Source: Aquiluna sp. (lineage in GTDB: Bacteria; Actinomycetota; Actinomycetes; Actinomycetales; Microbacteriaceae). From it: DNA of 64,000 nucleotides. The notes below the pieces were generated by a model. That model was not told where the DNA came from and did no database searches. It was given only the letters and a program-made list of their open reading frames with translations. The stretch lies in assembly GCA_049242305.1 (NCBI GenBank), contig JBMLPC010000052.1, positions 6,051 through 70,050 on the forward strand, read 5' to 3'. Made by a program: the position numbers and the translations under genes. This document shows, in pieces, positions 41,309 through 51,294 of the stretch; position 1 is the first letter of the stretch; each line of letters starts with the position of its first letter.

Positions 41309-41881
41309 CTATCCGACAACAAGCGGAAGCAAACGCTGGGAGGTCTTCTCCAGCAGGCCCGCCAGGTCCTCGGCATCATGGCGATTGGCCATGTGAATAA
41401 CTATCCGTGCGCAGGCATCAGCATCGGCCAAAGCATCGTGGTGATCAAATTCCTCATGGCCAATGGCATAGGCAACTGCGTTGAGTCGGTAGCTTTCAAG
41501 CTCATAGGTCTTTCTAGCCATCTTCAGGCTGCAGGCGTAGCTGAGATTTGGTAGATCAAACTCAACCGCAGCACTGGCTTCCCGCAAGACTCCCATATCA
41601 AAGCTGGCGTTATGGGCAATCAGTGGTAGCCCCTGGGTGAATAGCAGTAGCTCCGGCAGGGCATCGGCAAAGCCAGGCGCATCAGCCACATCCTCCGGTT
41701 TGATGCCGTGAATGGCGATGTTGCCGGGGTGAAACCAGTCATAGCCAAGTGGCGGCTGGAACAGCATCGACAGGCTTTCTTGGATTTTTCCCTCCAGCAC
41801 TCGCACCAGCCCAACCGCACAGGGCGATGCTGGGGATGAATTAGCGGTCTCAAAATCGATAGCTACAAAGTCCAATGCCAC
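41309..41881 (-). CDS. DEDDh 3'-5' exonuclease (DnaQ-like)
   Basis: AIDFETAN, AHNASFD, HHDALADA. Confidence 0.9.
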   Translation of the reverse strand: MALDFVAIDFETANSSPASPCAVGLVRVLEGKIQESLSMLFQPPLGYDWFHPGNIAIHGIKPEDVADAPGFADALPELLLFTQGLPLIAHNASFDMGVLREASAAVEFDLPNLSYACSLKMARKTYELESYRLNAVAYAIGHEEFDHHDALADADACARIVIHMANRHDAEDLAGLLEKTSQRLLPLVVG

Positions 41882-41912
41882 AGGGCAATTATGGGGGAAG
41901 TAGACTTCCCCG

Positions 41913-42986
41913 GTGGCACTAACCATCGGAATCGTCGGATTACCTAACGTAGGTAAGTCCACCCTCTTTAATGCACTCACCAAGAACTCGGTGTTAGCTG
42001 CAAACTATCCATTCGCAACCATCGAACCCAATATTGGTGTGGTCAATCTGCCTGATGCCAGACTAGATCGGCTAGCCGAAATCTTTTCATCTGAGAAAAT
42101 CATTGCCGCACCCGTGTCCTTCGTTGACATTGCCGGCATCGTCAAGGGAGCATCCGAGGGGGAGGGCCTGGGGAATCAGTTCCTGGCCAACATCCGTGAA
42201 GCGGACGCCATCGCCCAGGTGGTGCGCGGTTTTATTGATTCAGACGTTGTCCATGTCGAGGGCCGAGTTGATGCCAAGAGTGATATTGAAACAATCAACA
42301 CCGAGTTGATCTTGGCTGACCTGCAAACCTTAGAAAAAACTCGCCCCAGAGTCGAGAAAGAAGTTAAGGGTAAAAAAGCAGAACCGCAGGTGCTGGAAAC
42401 AATAGATAGCGCAAGAGAGATCCTCAATGCTGGCACCCCGCTTTCCCTCAGCAAGCTGGACATCACACCAATCAAAGACCTGGGGCTACTTACTGCCAAG
42501 CCAATGCTTTTTGTTTTCAATGTTGATGAATCAATCCTTAGTAGCGAAGAAAAAAGGAAAACATTAGCCGAGCTGGTAAAGCCTGCTGAAGCCGTATTTT
42601 TAGATGCCAAAGTCGAGAGCGAACTGATTGACCTTTCCAAAGAAGATGCTGCCGAATTACTGGCATCACTAGGACAATCCGAAAGCGGACTTGACCAGCT
42701 GGCGCGAATCGGATTTGCAACTCTTGGTCTGCAGACATATCTAACAGCTGGACCCAAGGAAGCCAGGGCCTGGACCATTCGAAAAGGCTGGAAGGCGCCA
42801 CAAGCAGCCGGTGTGATTCACACAGATTTTGAAAAAGGCTTTATCAAAGCTGAAATTGTTTCCTTCAGCGATCTGGCCGCTGCCGGTTCAATGGCAGAAG
42901 CCAAGGCCCAGGGCAAGGTTCGCATGGAAGGAAAGGACTACATCATGCAAGACGGTGATGTGGTCGAGTTCCGCTTCAATGTGTGA
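41913..42986 (+). CDS. ychF: Redox-regulated ATPase YchF
   Basis: GLPNVGKST, NYPFATIEPN, DIAGIV, TGS domain. Confidence 0.97.
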   Translation: MALTIGIVGLPNVGKSTLFNALTKNSVLAANYPFATIEPNIGVVNLPDARLDRLAEIFSSEKIIAAPVSFVDIAGIVKGASEGEGLGNQFLANIREADAIAQVVRGFIDSDVVHVEGRVDAKSDIETINTELILADLQTLEKTRPRVEKEVKGKKAEPQVLETIDSAREILNAGTPLSLSKLDITPIKDLGLLTAKPMLFVFNVDESILSSEEKRKTLAELVKPAEAVFLDAKVESELIDLSKEDAAELLASLGQSESGLDQLARIGFATLGLQTYLTAGPKEARAWTIRKGWKAPQAAGVIHTDFEKGFIKAEIVSFSDLAAAGSMAEAKAQGKVRMEGKDYIMQDGDVVEFRFNV

Positions 42987-43026
42987 AGTGGTTAGGTACA
43001 CCTAACCTATGGGTTAGAATTGAGGC

Positions 43027-43674
43027 GTGTTTTCAACCTCCATTCGCCTGTCGATTACTCAAGACATAGTTGGCTGGTTCGACCAAATCGGACCACTGCT
43101 TTTTTATGCAGTGGTTTTTGGCTTGGTCTTTGCTGGGACTGGCCTATTCGTCGGGGCCTTCATTCCATTTATCACAGGTGATTCCTTGGTATTTGCCGCT
43201 GGCCTGGTGGCAGCAGCTCACCAAGACTCCATCAATATCGTGGTGATGGTGATTGGAGTCGGGATTGCCGCATGGCTAGGGGACCAGGTTGGTTACACAC
43301 TGGGTCGACACTTTGGAAGGCCTTACCTCGATAAGCGCCAAGGTAAGTGGCTGAAAAATGCCATTGCTAAGTCGGAGATTTTCTATCTTCGCTACGGCTG
43401 GTGGTCGATCGTGGTAGCACGCTTTATCCCTTGGGCGAGAGTGATCATTCCGGCGCTCGCTGGAATCAGCAAAATGAACTACTACAAGTTCTTTAGCGCC
43501 AACTTGGTGGGTGCCCTGCTCTGGGGTTGCGGTTTGACTTTGGCCGGATTCTTTACCTATTCAATTCCTTGGGTTCGCGGCACTGTCTATGCAATTGCGA
43601 TTGCGGTCATCACGCTCAGCGTGATTGCGGGTGTTAGAACCTGGCTTGAAAACAGAAAAGTTAATTCTCAATAA
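43027..43674 (+). CDS. DedA family membrane protein
   Basis: GDSLVFAAG, GDQVGY..GR, ARFIP. Confidence 0.9.
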   Translation: MFSTSIRLSITQDIVGWFDQIGPLLFYAVVFGLVFAGTGLFVGAFIPFITGDSLVFAAGLVAAAHQDSINIVVMVIGVGIAAWLGDQVGYTLGRHFGRPYLDKRQGKWLKNAIAKSEIFYLRYGWWSIVVARFIPWARVIIPALAGISKMNYYKFFSANLVGALLWGCGLTLAGFFTYSIPWVRGTVYAIAIAVITLSVIAGVRTWLENRKVNSQ

Positions 43675-44245
43675 TCAGCTGAGCCAACTCACGAGACTTT
43701 TCTCTTTCATAAAATTCATCCTCTTGAGCAGACCAGGTGGCAAAGTAACCATCAAACTTTCCGCTATCGCGCTCGTGGAATCTGGTCTTTCGCACCATTA
43801 GATCTGCCTCCACCCAGAGAGTTAGATCTGCAAGCTCGCTACTTAGTCGGCTTATCGAGCCACACCCCTCCACAATGAGTGCTGTTCCGCCCGAGAATTC
43901 TCTATGGCCATTAACTGGATCATCCGCGCCGCGCTTATTTTCATTCCAGTTCCAAACTTGCCAAGTGCTGGTTTTGCCTTGGGTCAACGGTTTCAGAATG
44001 TTTGAGTATAAATACGCAGATCCGCTAGCCAAGCCTTCCCAGCCAGGATAGAGATCGTCCATGGCAACCACGCGGGCAGCCTGATTGTCAATCTTGAAGT
44101 AGGCATCGGATAGCTGTTGCGCGAAGAGGCTCTTTCCAGCACCTGCTCGACCATCAATCAAGACAATCGGGATTCGACCCCTTTCCTGTTTCTCCCAAAT
44201 TAGATCTAGTACGGGGGACAGAGCTTGATCAAATTTAAGGCTCAC
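43661..44245 (-). CDS. P-loop nucleoside/nucleotide kinase-like protein
   Basis: IDGRAGAGKS, MDDLYPGW, IVEG. Confidence 0.75.
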   Translation of the reverse strand: MSLKFDQALSPVLDLIWEKQERGRIPIVLIDGRAGAGKSLFAQQLSDAYFKIDNQAARVVAMDDLYPGWEGLASGSAYLYSNILKPLTQGKTSTWQVWNWNENKRGADDPVNGHREFSGGTALIVEGCGSISRLSSELADLTLWVEADLMVRKTRFHERDSGKFDGYFATWSAQEDEFYEREKSRELAQLIIEN

Positions 44246-44251
44246 GTTTGT

Positions 44252-44845
44252 TCAACTAATTCGTTCATTAATTGAGTATGCGTGTTCGGGAAGAAAGCGC
44301 GACCTAACTGCCACCTCGCGCTCAACCATTTCGGGTGAGGCACCTTCGATGCTGGCCTGCTTTCCAATTGCAACCACACAAGTTACCCAAAAATCATCAG
44401 CCCCAAGGATTGTCGAAATTTGATCATGCAAAATTCCTCCCATGAAATGCGATCGCAATCCCATTGACTCAGCCTCTAACACCATCTGCATGGAGGCCAG
44501 ACCAACATCAAAATAGGTCGCGGCCTGATTGCGAGCTTTCCCCTTTTCCAGCTTTCTTGCCAGCACTACAGCCAGGACGGATGCATGTGGTGCCCAGGCT
44601 TGATTAAAGCCAGTGAGTCCCGTGCTTGCAATGTTCCTAAACAATTCGCCGTCTCTCGTTAGAAACACAACGTGCCAAGGTTGTTGATTACTGGAGCTAG
44701 GAGCCCACCTAAAAGCTTCACCCAGCGACTTAATTTCTTCCGTACTCATTGAGTGATTTTTATCGAAGAGCCTAGGAGACCAGCGATTTTTGATTAAATT
44801 TGAAAGGGGGACGCTAGTTTCTGCAGGTTTTTGTGTAATTGTCAT
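44252..44845 (-). CDS. Nitroreductase family protein
   Basis: RWSPR.F, WAPSSSNQQPW, HFMGG. Confidence 0.9.
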   Translation of the reverse strand: MTITQKPAETSVPLSNLIKNRWSPRLFDKNHSMSTEEIKSLGEAFRWAPSSSNQQPWHVVFLTRDGELFRNIASTGLTGFNQAWAPHASVLAVVLARKLEKGKARNQAATYFDVGLASMQMVLEAESMGLRSHFMGGILHDQISTILGADDFWVTCVVAIGKQASIEGASPEMVEREVAVRSRFLPEHAYSINERIS

Positions 44846-44964
44846 GCCCCTATTCAACCTTTTCCATGGCCCTGTATTTCTTTGCGACTCGATAATTTTC
44901 ATTGTTTTCCCTAACAACTGAGCCAAAAGATAGATAGACCCCGAAAGATCATTACACTTGGTCG

Positions 44965-45855
44965 GTGACCCAAAAAGGCTTAATACTGTTCTCTCTAACA
45001 GGCTTTTTCTGGGGATTGCCATACTTCTTCATTGTTTTGGCCCTGGATAGTTTCTCAACTCCCTCAATCGTTTTTCTTAGAGTTTTTCTTGGCGCACTGG
45101 TCTTGATTCCCTATGCCATTTACGCTGGAGGGCTGTCGAAAGCACTCAAGGCCTGGCCCTATGTATTGGTATTTGCGATAACCGAGATGGTTATTCCTTG
45201 GTGGCTGATTACCGAGGCTGGCAAGCACATTCCATCAGGACTTTCCGGTTTGTTTGTGGCCACTGTTCCATTTTTTGTGGTGGCAATCTTGGCTATTTTC
45301 CTGAAAGACCGTAAAGCACTTCAGCCAAGGCCACTACTTGGAATGTTGATTGGGTTCTTGGGGGTGGCAGCGCTAGTCGGAGTTGACTCCTTCACTGGTG
45401 CGATAGACCCGCTCTATGTTCTCTTTGTGATTCTGGCATCTTTGGGCTATGCAGTTGCTCCCATAGTGGCAAACCTAAAGCTGAAAGATGTTTCTTCGGC
45501 GTCAATGATTGGCTTGAGCATGCTGATGGTTTCTGTCGTGTATGCACCATTTGCCGTTCCCAATCTCGGTGCTGAATTTGCCCAGGCCAGCACTCAGAGC
45601 TTGATTGCGATTTTGGTGTTGGGACTGATTTGTTCTGCTGCAGCATTCGTGCTGTTCTTTATGCTCATTAAGGAGATTGGCCCAGCCAAATCCTCCCTCA
45701 TTACCTACGTCAACACCGCTGTAGCGCTGTTTTTGGGAATTGTTTTTCTTAGCGAACCAATCACCATTGGTCTACTAATTGGAATCCCGCTCATTACCGT
45801 TGGCCTTGTGCTAGCTGGTGGCGGCGATCGGGAATCTGAAGTGGGCAAGCCCTAG
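44965..45855 (+). CDS. EamA/DMT family transporter
   Basis: FWG.PYFFI, two EamA repeats, ITYVN, LSEP. Confidence 0.9.
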   Translation: MTQKGLILFSLTGFFWGLPYFFIVLALDSFSTPSIVFLRVFLGALVLIPYAIYAGGLSKALKAWPYVLVFAITEMVIPWWLITEAGKHIPSGLSGLFVATVPFFVVAILAIFLKDRKALQPRPLLGMLIGFLGVAALVGVDSFTGAIDPLYVLFVILASLGYAVAPIVANLKLKDVSSASMIGLSMLMVSVVYAPFAVPNLGAEFAQASTQSLIAILVLGLICSAAAFVLFFMLIKEIGPAKSSLITYVNTAVALFLGIVFLSEPITIGLLIGIPLITVGLVLAGGGDRESEVGKP

Positions 45856-45889
45856 GGAATTATTTCGGCACCGCTTGGTTTTTCTAAAC

Positions 45890-46396
45890 ATGCGACTTTT
45901 CCTGCCTCTGATTTTGCTTGTTTCCCTCACGGGCTGCGCTCAGGTTGCCCCGAGCGAATCAGTGACGGAGCAAACTCAGTCCAGCTCGGCAGAGCCATCT
46001 CAAACTATGGATCCGATGGAATCCGAAACCACTGACCCAATGGAAGCGGAATCGATGGACCCAATGGAGTCAGAGGAATCTTCCAACACTGCCAGCCCAT
46101 CACCAACCGCGACGGCCACAGCCTCACCAACGCAGAGCCCATCGCCTACTCAGACCGCAGTCGGCTACACCTTGGCTGAAGTTGCCAAGCGCAACACTCA
46201 AGCAGAGTGCTGGGTGGTAATTGACGGCGGAGTTTATGACCTAACCGAATGGATTCGGCAGCACCCAGGAGGCTCTGGGGCGATTAGATCACTTTGCGGA
46301 ACTGATGGTACAGATCAGTTCAATTCTCAGCACGGTGGAGAGGCAAGACCTTCTTCCACGCTCGACCGATACTACCTAGGCCCGCTAGCTGGCTAA
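45890..46396 (+). CDS. Lipoprotein with C-terminal cytochrome b5-like heme domain
   Basis: Lipobox LTGC; S/T/P/M/E linker; CWVVIDGGVYDLT, HPGG, second His in QHG. Confidence 0.88.
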   Translation: MRLFLPLILLVSLTGCAQVAPSESVTEQTQSSSAEPSQTMDPMESETTDPMEAESMDPMESEESSNTASPSPTATATASPTQSPSPTQTAVGYTLAEVAKRNTQAECWVVIDGGVYDLTEWIRQHPGGSGAIRSLCGTDGTDQFNSQHGGEARPSSTLDRYYLGPLAG

Positions 46397-46425
46397 GTCA
46401 AAAATTATTTTTTCCTCTAGTCGGA

Positions 46426-46953
46426 CTAAATCGCGTAGTGATCTTCGGCAATGCTGCGGATCAGTTTGGCATTAACGCCAACCGCTACAGTGCCAGCAGG
46501 CATGTTCTTGGTTACCACCGCATTGGCACCAACTCGGCAGTCGTCACCAATCACTATGTTGCCAATTAGTTTGGAACCAGCTCCCAAAATCACTCGATTA
46601 CCAACGGTTGGGTGACGCTTAACCGGGTCCAGCGTTTTGCCGCCCAGCGTGACACCGTGATAGATCAACACGTCATCGCCAATCTCAGCGGTTTCTCCGA
46701 TTACCACTCCTACGCCGTGATCAATCACCAGTCTGCGGCCAATAGTCGCACCGGGATGAATTTCAATGCCAGAGAAAAACTTGGCGTAATTGGACAGCAT
46801 GCGCGCAAGAATTCTTCGCTTCCACTTCCACAAAACATGGGCTATGCGATATACCCAGACAGCGTGCAGACCGGGGGATGTGAAGAAAAGTTCAAATCCC
46901 GTCTTGACGGACGGGTCTCTCTCTAGCCCCGCTCTAATGTCTTCACGAATCAC
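46426..46953 (-). CDS. cysE: Serine O-acetyltransferase
   Basis: RDP, IEIHPGA.IG, IDHG.GVVIGET, RHP. Confidence 0.94.
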   Translation of the reverse strand: MIREDIRAGLERDPSVKTGFELFFTSPGLHAVWVYRIAHVLWKWKRRILARMLSNYAKFFSGIEIHPGATIGRRLVIDHGVGVVIGETAEIGDDVLIYHGVTLGGKTLDPVKRHPTVGNRVILGAGSKLIGNIVIGDDCRVGANAVVTKNMPAGTVAVGVNAKLIRSIAEDHYAI

Positions 46954-47897
46954 TTTTGTTGGTATTCCTCTTGCAAATCGCGATAGAGCGAAGATGATAC
47001 GTAGCGCTCGCCGAAGGACGGAACTATCACCACGATGATTTGTCCTTCGTGTTCTTTTCGACTTGCCACTTCACGAGCAGCCCAGAGCGCTGCACCAGAT
47101 GAGATTCCTGCCAAGATTCCTTCTTCAGCTGAAGCGCGCCTTGCAAACTCAAAAGCAACCTGATTCGGTGCGCTAATCACTTCGTCATAGCTGCTGGTGT
47201 CCAGAACGGCAGGAATAAAGTTTGGACCGATTCCAGCCAGTGGGTGACCAGCTGCCTCACCGCCGGTTAGCAGGGGTGATGCTGCAGGTTGTACTACGTA
47301 GCTCTTCAAGGAAGGCTTTAGCTCTTTCAGTCGGAGGCTGGTACCGGTAATTGTTCCGCCAGTTCCACTGCCAGCAATAAATACGTCAACCTTGCCATCC
47401 GTATCACGCCAAATTTCTTCTGCCGTTGTCTCCCGGTGAATTTTTGGACCAGCAGGATTTTCAAACTGTCGAACTAATATCGAGCCTTCAATATTTCTAC
47501 CCAGTTCTTCGGCTTTGGCAACCGAACCCTTCATGCCCTCAGCTGCCGGAGTCAATACCAGTTCTGCGCCATAAGCACGAATCAAGATTTTTCTTTCGAG
47601 GCTCATTGAGTCGGGCATCACGATGATGGTTCGGTAGCCTCGGGCAGCCCCAATCATGGCAAGTGAGATACCGGTGTTACCAGAGGTTGCCTCAATGATT
47701 GTTCCGCCAGGTTTTAGCTCACCTGTTTTTTCAGCCTCATTGATCATTGCGATACCGAGGCGATCCTTGACTGAACTGGAAGGGTTATAAAACTCGAGCT
47801 TGGCGTAAACCTCCGCCTTTGCCCCGTCCATAATTCGATTTAGACGAACCAGCGGGGTATTACCAAAAACCTCGGTGATGTTGTTATAGACGCGCAA
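46950..47897 (-). CDS. cysK: Cysteine synthase A
   Basis: NPSSSVKDR, TSGNTG, GTGGT, GERY; TTG after GGAG. Confidence 0.95.
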   Translation of the reverse strand: MRVYNNITEVFGNTPLVRLNRIMDGAKAEVYAKLEFYNPSSSVKDRLGIAMINEAEKTGELKPGGTIIEATSGNTGISLAMIGAARGYRTIIVMPDSMSLERKILIRAYGAELVLTPAAEGMKGSVAKAEELGRNIEGSILVRQFENPAGPKIHRETTAEEIWRDTDGKVDVFIAGSGTGGTITGTSLRLKELKPSLKSYVVQPAASPLLTGGEAAGHPLAGIGPNFIPAVLDTSSYDEVISAPNQVAFEFARRASAEEGILAGISSGAALWAAREVASRKEHEGQIIVVIVPSFGERYVSSSLYRDLQEEYQQK

Positions 47898-48014
47898 ATT
47901 TGCTCCAGTTTCAAAGACCCAAGGAAGTGTAACTGGGAAGGGCGGATTTTCTTCCAATCTGACTTTGTATTACCTCTAAGGCCATTCTCAGGCTTAGTTC
48001 CTAGGATTTGGAGC

Positions 48015-48383
48015 ATGAATCGACTTGCCGCCCTACCCATTGTCGCCCTTACTGTACTACCCCTGAGTGCTTGCAGTTTGGAGGATGTGGCAGCTACAGC
48101 GGCCGATGCCGCTGCCTGCACCGCACTCTCCTCGACTCTGGCTGGTCTTTCTGATGCCTATCAGTCAGGCCTGGTTGATAGCGGTGTGATTACACAGATC
48201 GACAAACTCATTGGTAATCAAATTGATTCGGTTCTTTCCAGTGGCCTAGCCGATGACCTAAGAGGCCTCACAGCTGCTCTGGCAGAAAGTCAGACTGCGC
48301 AGGGAGCACAGCAGAAGGTGGACGAGCTAACCGCGTCAATTAATTCTCGCTGCAGTTCAGTTGGAATTGATATCAGCCAGTAA
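48015..48383 (+). CDS. Hypothetical lipoprotein
   Basis: Lipobox LSAC, helical domain with two more Cys. Confidence 0.7.
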   Translation: MNRLAALPIVALTVLPLSACSLEDVAATAADAAACTALSSTLAGLSDAYQSGLVDSGVITQIDKLIGNQIDSVLSSGLADDLRGLTAALAESQTAQGAQQKVDELTASINSRCSSVGIDISQ

Positions 48384-49557
48384 TTTCGTCTTCAACAAAT
48401 TTCTTTTTAGCCAGCTGCAATCCCGCGAGCGAGCTAGTTACCGCAACTGCAAACAGCAGCCACAGCGCAGCTTCCCAACCACCAGTTAGTTCTCGCAAGA
48501 TTCCAACGAGTAAAACCGCAATGGTTGCCAGTGAATAACTAATTCCTTGCCCAAACGAACTGACGGCCAAAACTGTCTGCTGATCTTTGCTGCGAAGGTT
48601 ATAGAGCGTGAGCGCAAGCGGGAACATGGTTGGACCCAGCCCCAGTAGAACTACCCACAACCACAAGTTTGATTCGATAAACATGATTCCAAGTGCTCCC
48701 AGCGAGCCTGCAGTTGCTGAAAAGAAAACGATTGCCGCTTGAGCACTTGGGTATTTTGCCGCAATTATCGGAACCAGTAGCGAAGTAGGCAATCCCATAA
48801 TCGCAAACAATGCCAGCAGATTGCCGGCTGCTAACTGGCTCACAAAGTTATGTTCAATAAGCAGCAGCGGCAGCCAAGCGAAAGATACATAGCCGAAGAT
48901 TGCCGTCATCCCCTGAACACCGCTGATTGCAATGGCGGTGGGGGATTTCCAAGCTGCAATCTTTGCGGGCACTGCATCACCAGCCTCGGCCGGTTGATTG
49001 TTTCTAAGTAGGGGAATGATTGGCAGTAGAGCCAGCGCTGCAAAAATTGCCCACTGACCAAGCGAGAAACGCCATCCAACCGCTTCTGCCACCGGCACCG
49101 CGACCAGGGATCCAAGTGTGGCTGAGATGGCGGTTAGCGTTATATAAAAGGAAGAAATCAAACCAATTCTGTTAGGAAAATATCTTCTGACCACCACTGG
49201 CAATAAGACATTGCCAATTCCCATTCCAAACAGGCTCAGTAGCGATCCCGCAAACAAAGACCCCGGATCAAATGCAATTGCTCGTACGAGATTCCCAGCA
49301 ATGATGACAACCACCACCAGCAGTAGCGTGAGCTCCAGCCCGAACCGCCTGGCTGGTCTGGTGGATACGGTGGATGCAAATGCAAATGCCAACGGAGCTG
49401 CCAGTCCCAACAGGCCAATTGCGATGACGGGCAAAGAAAAGTCTTGTTGGATAAAACCGACTACTGGCGAGATGGAACTAACCGCGGTTCGAAGGTTAAG
49501 TGCCAGGAGTGCAATTGCAAAGAAAGCTAACCAGCGACTACTAGTTGAGCGCAGCAC
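48373..49557 (-). CDS. MFS transporter, CynX/NimT-like
   Basis: ALNLRTAVSSISP, GNVLLP..V.RYFP. Confidence 0.82.
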   Translation of the reverse strand: MLRSTSSRWLAFFAIALLALNLRTAVSSISPVVGFIQQDFSLPVIAIGLLGLAAPLAFAFASTVSTRPARRFGLELTLLLVVVVIIAGNLVRAIAFDPGSLFAGSLLSLFGMGIGNVLLPVVVRRYFPNRIGLISSFYITLTAISATLGSLVAVPVAEAVGWRFSLGQWAIFAALALLPIIPLLRNNQPAEAGDAVPAKIAAWKSPTAIAISGVQGMTAIFGYVSFAWLPLLLIEHNFVSQLAAGNLLALFAIMGLPTSLLVPIIAAKYPSAQAAIVFFSATAGSLGALGIMFIESNLWLWVVLLGLGPTMFPLALTLYNLRSKDQQTVLAVSSFGQGISYSLATIAVLLVGILRELTGGWEAALWLLFAVAVTSSLAGLQLAKKKFVEDEITG

Positions 49558-50308
49558 GAATCGCCTCGTGGATTAGACCATTGCTGGCAAGTACGTTGGA
49601 ACTCTCAGCGGTAAGCTCACCTGAAAGGTCAGTGAATCTTCCTCCCGCCTCCTCAACAATAGGAACCAGGGCTGCGATGTCATAAATCTTGAGGTCCGGC
49701 TCACTTGCCGCATCAATAGCGCCCTCAGCCACGTACATGTAGCTAAGGAAATCTCCAAATGCTCTAATTCGCCACACCTGTTCAGAAAGAGCCTCAATGT
49801 TTTTCTCTTTACCAATTCGCTGCCACTGCTGAATTGAGTTATATGAAACATAGCTGTCTGCTAGCTGGCTAACAGAGGACACTTGAATTTTTCGAATGCT
49901 GCCATCGACGTCTTTGGTGAAGGCTCCCTCGCCCTTGCTGGCCCACCATCTTCTACCAAGTGCGGGAGCAGAAACCACCGAGGTGGTTAGCTCAGATCCG
50001 GTGCGAAGCGCAATCAGGGTTGCCCAAATCGGCAAACCTCGCAGAAAGTTGGCGGTTCCATCGATCGGATCAATGATCCAAGCCCGGTCACCAGAGCCTG
50101 TGTTTTCGAATTCTTCACCAATTACATAATCGCTCGGTGCCAACTGCTCAATCAGGTCTCTTATTCTGCTCTCAACGGAACGATCGGCATCTGTTACCGG
50201 GGTTCTGTCAGGCTTGGTCTCAATCTTGAGATCAAGCGCTTTAAAGCGAGCCAACGAAATCTCATCAGCCGCATCGGCCAACGCTAGTGCTAACTCCAGG
50301 TCCCTCAT
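49541..50308 (-). CDS. hisN: Histidinol-phosphatase (IMPase family)
   Basis: KPDRTPVTDAD, WIIDPIDGT.NF.RG; TAATG coupling with rsgA. Confidence 0.88.
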   Translation of the reverse strand: MRDLELALALADAADEISLARFKALDLKIETKPDRTPVTDADRSVESRIRDLIEQLAPSDYVIGEEFENTGSGDRAWIIDPIDGTANFLRGLPIWATLIALRTGSELTTSVVSAPALGRRWWASKGEGAFTKDVDGSIRKIQVSSVSQLADSYVSYNSIQQWQRIGKEKNIEALSEQVWRIRAFGDFLSYMYVAEGAIDAASEPDLKIYDIAALVPIVEEAGGRFTDLSGELTAESSNVLASNGLIHEAIRAALN

Positions 50309-51294
50309 TACTGCCAATCTACCGATGAAATCGAATCAACCAATCGCCTGAAAGAAGCAAGCCTTTCGGCTTTTAGTTGAGTGGACTCAACAGCTGCATC
50401 TAATTCGCAATCTGGCGAACCAGCGAGATGAGAGCAATCCCGCGGGCAGTCTTTTGCCACCTCACTCAAGTCCGAAAAGCTTGCAAGTATCTGCTCGGTA
50501 GTTGCTCCTGAAATACCAAATGTCCTAACCCCCGGAGTGTCAATAATCCATCCGTTATCAACCCTCAGGGCAACTGCCGAAGAGGAGGTGTGCTTTCCCT
50601 TGCCGGTTGCAACATTCACTTCACCAGTAGCCCTGCCGCTATCGGGCGCCAGCTGGTTAATGAGGGTGGACTTTCCAACACCTGAGTGACCAACAAACAC
50701 ACTCTTTTTTCCAGCGATGAGCTTTTTCAATTCAGAGAGATTTGGAGCTGACTTTGAGGTCTTGATGATTTGCAGATTGGTGCCGGAAAACTTTTCTATG
50801 AAATCAGTTGGATCGGCTAAATCACATTTGGTAATAACAAGGATTGGCGATAGTTTCTGCAGGTAACTTGCGACCAAGAATCGATCCACCAAGCGAGGCC
50901 TGGGTTCTGGGTTGGCAGCCGCCATCACGATTACCAGCTGGTCTGCATTAGCGACAATTCTCTGCTCAGTGCCATCCTCTGCCACTCTCGTGAGCTCACT
51001 GGATCTTGGTTCGATCTGAACAATTCGCGCAAGCGAACCCGTAGTACCACTGACATCGCCGTCGAGCATTACTTGATCGCAGGTCACGCAGCCATCGGAT
51101 CGAAGCTCCTTGGCCAGGGTTGCTAGAACTTCAATGCCATCTTCGGTTAGGACTCGGTAGCGCGCGAGGTGAACTTCCAACACCATGCCGCGTTTGGCAT
51201 TTTCAAAACTTGGACGAATCTTGGTTCTAGGTCGGGAGCCCCTGGGGTTTGGCCTTACGCGGACATCGTCTTCGTCTAAATCCCGCCAGTTCAA
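50308..51294 (-). CDS. rsgA: Ribosome small subunit GTPase
   Basis: VANADQ, TKCD, GHSGVGKST, HTS, DTPG, Zn finger CxxxCxH..C. Confidence 0.94.
   Translation of the reverse strand: MNWRDLDEDDVRVRPNPRGSRPRTKIRPSFENAKRGMVLEVHLARYRVLTEDGIEVLATLAKELRSDGCVTCDQVMLDGDVSGTTGSLARIVQIEPRSSELTRVAEDGTEQRIVANADQLVIVMAAANPEPRPRLVDRFLVASYLQKLSPILVITKCDLADPTDFIEKFSGTNLQIIKTSKSAPNLSELKKLIAGKKSVFVGHSGVGKSTLINQLAPDSGRATGEVNVATGKGKHTSSSAVALRVDNGWIIDTPGVRTFGISGATTEQILASFSDLSEVAKDCPRDCSHLAGSPDCELDAAVESTQLKAERLASFRRLVDSISSVDWQ

Noticed and set aside
47898-48014. Poly-Cys leader peptide before cysK
   Set aside because: No Cys-rich uORF between -10 TACACT and the RBS
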